DNA of 32,000 nucleotides from Acaryochloris marina S15 (GTDB lineage Bacteria; Cyanobacteriota; Cyanobacteriia; Thermosynechococcales; Thermosynechococcaceae): NCBI RefSeq assembly GCF_018336915.1, contig NZ_CP064923.1, positions 2,370,001 to 2,402,000 of the forward strand, read 5' to 3'. Shown piece by piece: positions 26,346 to 32,000 of this stretch (position 1 is its first letter; each line of letters starts with the position of its first letter). The notes under the pieces were generated by a model. It saw only the letters and a program-made list of their open reading frames with translations, ran no database searches and was not told where the DNA came from. The position numbers and the translations under genes were made by a program.

Positions 26346-26606
26346 GGTCTGATCTCCTATGGATGGGTGGGCTCACGATGGGAAAAGACGGTTTTGACCT
26401 TACCTCAATAGGTCAAGACTGCATCGACTAGGGTCGATTGCCTAGAGACCTTAAGAAAGTAAAGGTGAAATGATCTTTATTTTCAAGGAGATAAACTGAT
26501 TTGTCTTCTACAGTTAAGACAGTTTCATGTTTGGCAGCTACATTCCCCAGCTTCCCACTCCAAAGGAAGCCGTTATGGCAACCTCATTGATTCAGAGGAG
26601 ATCGAA

Positions 26607-26966
26607 ATGCGTGGACTTCTGTTAACTATTCTAGCTACCGCCCTCAGTTTACTGGTGGTCGATTACGTCTTTGCAGGGATTGATTTAGACAGTATCTCCA
26701 CTGCGATCGCAGCTGCAGTTGCCATTGGCTTGGTGAATGCCATTGTTAAACCCGTGCTGAAAATTGTGTCTTTCCCATTGACCTTACTGTCCCTGGGTGG
26801 GTTTTTGCTCGTGCTGAATGGGTTATGTTTCTCCCTAGCTGCCGCGTTCGTGCCAGGCTTTCAGGTAGACGGCTTGTTGGCGTTTTTTCTGGGGCCGATT
26901 GCCCTGTCGGTGGTGAATGCGTTCTTAAATCGGTACTTACCGGAAGAAGCACCCTCAGCGAGCTAG
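26607..26966 (+). CDS. DUF360 / phage-holin-family-4-like small membrane protein (YvlD-like)
   Basis: 119 aa with four hydrophobic segments. 'AIAAAVAIGLVNAIVKPVLKIVSFPLTLLSLGGFLLVLNGLCFSLAA' is typical of this family. Confidence 0.75.
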   Translation: MRGLLLTILATALSLLVVDYVFAGIDLDSISTAIAAAVAIGLVNAIVKPVLKIVSFPLTLLSLGGFLLVLNGLCFSLAAAFVPGFQVDGLLAFFLGPIALSVVNAFLNRYLPEEAPSAS

Positions 26967-27019
26967 GGGGAATATGCCGACATCTTCAAGGGGCTGCGAA
27001 TGTTGGACGCCCCGGCCCT

Positions 27020-27319
27020 TTAGCCCGCGATTAAGTCTCGGGTGTGGACTTCCAGGGGTGGGTGGATCGCCACTTTGACTTTGAGTGGGCAGCAGAGATC
27101 TCTTCGAGATTGGGCTAACTCGCGGATCAGCAGTAGCCGCGAGCGAATATAGGCTTTGGCATTGGCTTCTTCGTCTTGAGGAAGCTGGTTGCGATTTTTG
27201 AGATTGGCTACCAGGACCTGAACCAGTTGCGAGTCGTTGAGCTGGGTCAACATATCGGTCTGAGTCGTTTCGATAACTTCCCAGACTTGCCGGAGAAGGT
27301 TGGAATTCATGACATTCAC
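27020..27319 (-). CDS. hypothetical protein (99 aa)
   Basis: Clean ORF with helical-looking, non-repetitive sequence. No family recognised. Confidence 0.5.
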   Translation of the reverse strand: MNVMNSNLLRQVWEVIETTQTDMLTQLNDSQLVQVLVANLKNRNQLPQDEEANAKAYIRSRLLLIRELAQSRRDLCCPLKVKVAIHPPLEVHTRDLIAG

Positions 27320-27584
27320 CCTAGGTGAGTGTTTTTCAGAAAACGTGTTTTATGGAAAAATTAATATTTTCTTTAGATTTGGATATCCCCAATTCTACGC
27401 TTATCGTTCAGCAACCCACTATCAGATCGGCTACAAAACATATAACTTAATATTTCTAAACAGCCCTCAAATTACCGTGAATAGGTAGATCTACGGTGTG
27501 AGGGTATGTCGCGATTGGGAATCAAGATCCATCAGATCAAAGGTAAATTGTGATAGTCGCAGGAGGGGAAAAGACCCTCGAACT

Positions 27585-28460
27585 TTAGTCTGCCCCACTG
27601 GATCTCCGAAACGTTTGTTGTCCGAGTAAAACACTACTCAGCACGACCACAACCCCCAACAGTTGAATGGAGGTCAGGGTTTGCTGGAGAAAGAGATACC
27701 CCAGCAGCGTTGCCACAACTGGACTCAGTAACCCCAGATAGGAAGCAGCTGTGGCATTGAGTTTACTAATGCCCCGAAACCATAAGGCATAAGCAAGCCC
27801 AGTTCCGATCAGTCCTAAATAGAGAAACCCTAGTAGGTTAGTCCCAGTAATTTGCTCAAAGGGACCTTCAACAATCAAAGCGATGGGGAGTAACATGAAT
27901 CCCCCCACCGTGAGTTGCCAGGCCGTAAACACCATTAGGGAAACGGGAGATTGCCACCGCTTCACCAAGACTGTTCCTAATCCCATGGTTGCAGCACTTG
28001 CGATCGCAGCCACAATCCCCACACTATCGAGCCGAGCTTCAGGACCGAGCACCAACAGACCCACGCCAATCAATCCAGTGATTGCTCCTAAGATTGATCT
28101 TGGGGAAGGTTTTTCACCTAAGAGTTGCCAAGCAAATAGGACCACCAGCAAGGGCTGAATCGAACCTGCAGTGGCTGCAACTCCCCCCGGTAGTCGATAG
28201 GCCGCCACGAACAAGAGTGCTTGGAAAAGACCAATATTGAGTCCTCCCAGAATCAACATCCGCCACCACCAAATCCCTTGAGGCAGTTGCCTCAGGCTCA
28301 GGATAAGGACCAGGCCGATCGGAAGCGTTCTTAGAGCTGCGACCAGTAGTGGATGCCCCGATGGCAGTAATTCCGTCGCCACAACATAAGTGGTCCCCCA
28401 GGAAATAGGAGCTAAAGCCGTCAACAAGATATTGAACAGCCGAGGTGGAGAAGCGTTCAT
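27585..28460 (-). CDS. DMT-superfamily EamA-type transporter (PecM-like)
   Basis: 291 aa with about 10 hydrophobic helices in two EamA halves. Divergently paired with a MarR regulator, as in pecS/pecM-type modules. Confidence 0.85.
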   Translation of the reverse strand: MNASPPRLFNILLTALAPISWGTTYVVATELLPSGHPLLVAALRTLPIGLVLILSLRQLPQGIWWWRMLILGGLNIGLFQALLFVAAYRLPGGVAATAGSIQPLLVVLFAWQLLGEKPSPRSILGAITGLIGVGLLVLGPEARLDSVGIVAAIASAATMGLGTVLVKRWQSPVSLMVFTAWQLTVGGFMLLPIALIVEGPFEQITGTNLLGFLYLGLIGTGLAYALWFRGISKLNATAASYLGLLSPVVATLLGYLFLQQTLTSIQLLGVVVVLSSVLLGQQTFRRSSGAD

Positions 28461-28461
28461 T

Positions 28462-28537
28462 ATTTATCTTGATATTAAGATACTTGATATCGAGATTTTA
28501 GCATTTATCTTGATGCCAAGTATCTTGGACTTAAGAT
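28462..28537. promoter_or_regulatory. repeated operator-like sites in the EamA/MarR divergent promoter region
   Basis: ATTTATCTTGAT occurs twice (28462-28473 and 28503-28514, 41 bp apart). Each copy starts a pseudo-palindrome built of ATCTTG / (C/T)AAGAT half-sites, e.g. ATCTTGATATTAAGAT at 28466-28481. Confidence 0.5.
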
Positions 28538-28587
28538 TTATGAGGTGCTAAAATCATCGCCATTCAAATCCTGAGCTGTCTTTTCCT

Positions 28588-29079
28588 ATGGATACCGATG
28601 CAGTTGACGAAATTTTGGCCCAGTGGCAAAGAGAACGTCCTGATTTAGATGTATCGCCCATGGGAACCATTGGCCGCATGACCCGACTGGCAAAACATCT
28701 CAAAGGAGCAATCGGGGCCACCTTTGCTCAATTTGACTTGAATCCAGGAGAGTTTGATGTACTCGCAACGTTGCGACGGTCTGGGCAGCCTTATCAGCTA
28801 TCACCGACAAGGCTATATCACGCCATGATGGTCACGTCCGGAACCATGACCCATCGTATTGATTGCCTCGAGCAAGCTGAGCTGGTAAAACGAATTCCCG
28901 ACCCCAATGATCGTCGGGGGACCCTGATTCAGTTAACAGATAAGGGGTTTACTCTGATTGAAAAAACCCTTGAAGCCCATGTCGCCAACGAACACCTTCT
29001 CCTAAGTGTATTGGAGCCATCAGAGATCGACTCTCTTACTCAATTACTCCGAAAGCTTTTAGACTCATTTGAGAAATAA
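28588..29079 (+). CDS. MarR-family transcriptional regulator
   Basis: The winged-helix core 'GEFDVLATLRRSGQPYQLSPTRLYHAMMVTSGTMTHRIDCLEQAELVKRIPDPNDRRGTLIQLTDKG' is canonical MarR. Confidence 0.9.
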   Translation: MDTDAVDEILAQWQRERPDLDVSPMGTIGRMTRLAKHLKGAIGATFAQFDLNPGEFDVLATLRRSGQPYQLSPTRLYHAMMVTSGTMTHRIDCLEQAELVKRIPDPNDRRGTLIQLTDKGFTLIEKTLEAHVANEHLLLSVLEPSEIDSLTQLLRKLLDSFEK

Positions 29080-29471
29080 AAAAGTATCAAAATTGGTGGC
29101 AAATTTCGCAAAGATTTGAGGACCTTTTTTCCCAAAGAACATCCCCACATATATACAGAGTCTTTTCTAAGAAGATTAGGTAAAAATTAGTAGAATTTCT
29201 ACATTGTTCGGGTTTGAAGATCATAGGTAAATCCTATGAAGCCGGATGTTTTTGATGTTGATTTTTCTAATGCTGTCTTTAGGTAAAGTTATCAGGTAAT
29301 GCGGTCTTTATCCTGATCCTGATGGCTTGGATTGAGTTGAGTGTATAAAACTAAAACTTCATCTATACTTGCAAGGTGAGAATTTTTTAGGCCAGTCTAT
29401 AATCCTCCAATGTGTTGAAAAAGTTTTCTATATTTGTAGATGATTTGATGATTTAGAAGGGGATACTAAAT

Positions 29472-31907
29472 TTGACTCTCTTCAAGATCTTTTACCTTTC
29501 AGATAGTTTATTGTTTGCTAATTTTTTAAGTCAGCTGGAGCAGTTCCCTACAGCGATTATTCCTGATATAGCTATTGCCTTTACATTTGGAGGAATGGCT
29601 GTTCTCTTGGGCTATGTGGCCTTTCGCCATCAGCCAGTGACCTATCCCCAACTTGTTTCTCTATTTATTGCTTTATTGGCTACTTGTAGCCTCAATTCGA
29701 TTCTGGATATAGCCTCTCTTTATATTCCCATTGCTGGTGTTCAAGCAGGAATCAAGCTACTCACCTTGGCCATTGCGATCTTCGCTAGTAGAGAATTCCT
29801 AGCAGACAGCACAAAAATTTTGTCTCAAAATACTACTCCCACCTTAGTGGATGAAAATCGGGTAGTGAAGCAGGAGCTTGAAAATTGTCGACAACTAGAA
29901 GTAGAACGATATAAAAGCCAGCAAATTTTAAATGATGCCTTCGAATATGCCTTAATTGGTAAGGCTATTCTCACCCCTGATGGAGATTGGATCAGAGTCA
30001 ATTCAGCCCTCTGTGAACTATTGGGTTACACAGAGGCCGAGATATTACAGACAAACTTCAAAAGTATGACCCATCCTGAGGATGTAGCCCTTGAACAACA
30101 CTATTGTGATCAACTGCTATCTGGAGAAGTGTTGGCCTGTCGCTTTGACAAGCGGTATTACCACAAGCAAGGACATATTGTTTGGGGCAGGTTGAGTATT
30201 TCTCTGGTCAGAACGCCTGAGGATAAACCCCTATATTTTATTGCTCAAATTGATAATATCTCTGACCGCAAACAGGCTGAAGCAGACTTGAATTTGGTGA
30301 TTGGGCAGCTAAAACTGGCCATTGAAGATCGCTCTACAGAGCTAGATACAGCTTACTCAACCTTGAAGAAATCTGCTGCTCAGTATCAGGATCTTTATGA
30401 CAATGCCCCAGACATGTATCTGTCCGTCGATGCGGATAGCACCAAGATTTTGCGTTGCAACCAAACCCTAATGAAAGAACTGGGATACAGCTATTCAGAA
30501 ATAGTGGGTTGCTCTGTCATCGATCTTTATCATCCTGATTTTCGGACTGAAGCACAGAATGCCTTCCAAACCTTTTTGGAAACAGGTGAAGCTAGGAATG
30601 TCTACCTAGTCGTACAGCGCAAAGATGGGACGACCATGGATGTCAGCCTCAATGCCCAGGGGTTTCGCGATCAGCAAGGCAAGGTTAGGTACAGTCGCTC
30701 AAGCTGGCGAGATATTTCGACGCGCAAACGTTTGGAGAACCAACTGAAGCGAATGAATGCTGAATTGGAAGAGCGGGTTGAAAATCGAACTTTAGCACTA
30801 CAAATTGCCATTCAATCCTTAAAAGAGAGTGAGTCCCGTTTGGAACTGGCATTAGAGGCCTCTGGAGATGGTTGGTGGGACTGGAACATGCTCACGGATG
30901 AAACAAGCTGGAGTATACAGTTCTATCAAATGCTGGGATATGAGATGGAAGAATTGCCTTCCTCGTTTCAAACTTGGCAAAGCTGGACTCATCCTGATGA
31001 TTTACCTAGAATGATGGCTTTGCTGGAAGAGCATTTACAAGATCAGTCCATCCCCTATGTTTTTGACTATCGAACGCGAACGAAATCAGAGCAATGGAAA
31101 TGGATTTCTGTCATGGGCAAAGTCGTAGATTGCAATGATCAAGGGGAACCTCTCCGTATGGTTGGGATGCTCCATGATATTAGTGATCGCAAACAGGCAG
31201 AGCAGGAACTGCGGAGAATAAATACGGAGCTCGTTCGCTCTAACCAAGAGTTGGGTCATTTTGCCTATGTTGCCTCCCACGATTTGCAGGAACCGTTACG
31301 AAAAATAAGGAGTTTTACTGAGTTATTGGCCGAACGCTATCAGGGGCGACTAGATGAGACAGCGGATCGCTATATTCGCTACATCACCGATGGGGCTGCC
31401 CGCATGCAAGGGTTGATAGATGATCTACTCAGTTATTCTCGAGTCGGACGAGCTGAACTAAAGGTGAATCCCACTGCATTATCGTCCCTAGTGAAAGAGG
31501 TGCAATCTGATTTAGAAAAGGTTATTGAACAACGCCAGGTCGAGATGGTCATAGATTCGTTGCCAACCGTTGCTGTTGATCCGGTGCAAATGAGGCAGGT
31601 GTTCCAAAATCTGATTTCTAATGCCATCAAGTATTGCCAAGCGGATCGTCCGAGTATTCACATTCGAGCCACTCAAAATAAAGAGTTTTGGGCTATTTCA
31701 GTCCAAGATAATGGAATTGGCATTAGCCCCCAGTTTGCTGAGCGAGTATTTATCATTTTCCAGCGCTTACACCACCGGGGAGAATATTCGGGGACAGGGA
31801 TTGGATTGGCCATCTGTAAAAAAATAATTGAGCGGCATGGAGGGGAAATTTGGGTGGACTCGGAAGAAGGTAAAGGAGCGATCTTTTCTTTCACTCTGCC
31901 CCGATGA
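29472..31907 (+). CDS. membrane-associated multi-PAS sensor histidine kinase
   Basis: N-terminal hydrophobic helices. At least three PAS/PAC modules ('...DISDRKQAE' occurs twice at PAC ends). HisKA H-box 'FAYVASHDLQEPLRKI'. HATPase_c with 'NLISNAIKY', 'QDNGIGI' and 'GTGIGLAICKKIIERHGG'. The TTG start at 29472 is uncertain. Confidence 0.9.
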   Translation: MTLFKIFYLSDSLLFANFLSQLEQFPTAIIPDIAIAFTFGGMAVLLGYVAFRHQPVTYPQLVSLFIALLATCSLNSILDIASLYIPIAGVQAGIKLLTLAIAIFASREFLADSTKILSQNTTPTLVDENRVVKQELENCRQLEVERYKSQQILNDAFEYALIGKAILTPDGDWIRVNSALCELLGYTEAEILQTNFKSMTHPEDVALEQHYCDQLLSGEVLACRFDKRYYHKQGHIVWGRLSISLVRTPEDKPLYFIAQIDNISDRKQAEADLNLVIGQLKLAIEDRSTELDTAYSTLKKSAAQYQDLYDNAPDMYLSVDADSTKILRCNQTLMKELGYSYSEIVGCSVIDLYHPDFRTEAQNAFQTFLETGEARNVYLVVQRKDGTTMDVSLNAQGFRDQQGKVRYSRSSWRDISTRKRLENQLKRMNAELEERVENRTLALQIAIQSLKESESRLELALEASGDGWWDWNMLTDETSWSIQFYQMLGYEMEELPSSFQTWQSWTHPDDLPRMMALLEEHLQDQSIPYVFDYRTRTKSEQWKWISVMGKVVDCNDQGEPLRMVGMLHDISDRKQAEQELRRINTELVRSNQELGHFAYVASHDLQEPLRKIRSFTELLAERYQGRLDETADRYIRYITDGAARMQGLIDDLLSYSRVGRAELKVNPTALSSLVKEVQSDLEKVIEQRQVEMVIDSLPTVAVDPVQMRQVFQNLISNAIKYCQADRPSIHIRATQNKEFWAISVQDNGIGISPQFAERVFIIFQRLHHRGEYSGTGIGLAICKKIIERHGGEIWVDSEEGKGAIFSFTLPR

Positions 31908-32000
31908 GATTTTTTTGGATGCAATTCTCGAATAATATATTCGCCAGATAATGGCCATAATCATTCGAATTTAATTTTATATGGACAAGAAATTAAAATC

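Noticed and set aside
26385-26440. Short inverted repeats (TTGACCT...AGGTCAA and ATCGAC-tagg-GTCGAT) upstream of the Xi-GST gene
   Set aside because: At 6-7 bp, each is within chance expectation for an intergenic region. No repeated occurrence was seen.
31981-32000. ATG GAC AAG AAA TTA AAA at the window edge, possibly the start of a response-regulator gene downstream of the kinase
   Set aside because: Only about 6 codons are visible, so it cannot be supported.

Overview
This looks like a cyanobacterial chromosomal window. It has eight copies of the HIP1 octamer GCGATCGC and housekeeping genes pnp, queG, hup and a cobD-like gene.

Left third: a partial SNF2-family helicase that is absent from the ORF track because it runs off the window edge; a convergent, overlapping pnp/queG pair; a pentapeptide-repeat protein; and two small hypotheticals.

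Centre: a decayed ISKra4-like insertion sequence (23-bp imperfect inverted repeats, 8-9 bp target duplication) sits between codons 23 and 24 of an SPFH/band-7 gene. That gene is translationally coupled to a small ribbon-helix-helix protein.

The stand-out feature follows on the minus strand: a compact six-gene phage-tail-like operon (10670-21782). In order it encodes a small ORF, a gp19-like tube protein, a 2421-aa Ser/Pro/Gln/Thr-rich apparently disordered giant protein, an Afp7-like tube-initiator domain without LysM, VgrG, and a DUF4280 spike tip. It has no sheath, baseplate wedge, cap or ATPase genes, and both operon boundaries lie inside the window. The giant protein and the small leading ORF share a C-terminal helix-plus-(E/Q)RER-GG motif. 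The giant also carries four quasi-periodic amphipathic basic islands and many [ILV]QR motifs.

Right third: hup, a CobD-like decarboxylase, a degenerate flavoprotein disulfide-reductase homologue, a Xi-class GST (CPWAHR), a DUF360/holin-4-like membrane protein, a divergent EamA transporter/MarR pair with repeated operator-like sites, and a multi-PAS histidine kinase.

I recognised no rRNA, tRNA or CRISPR array.
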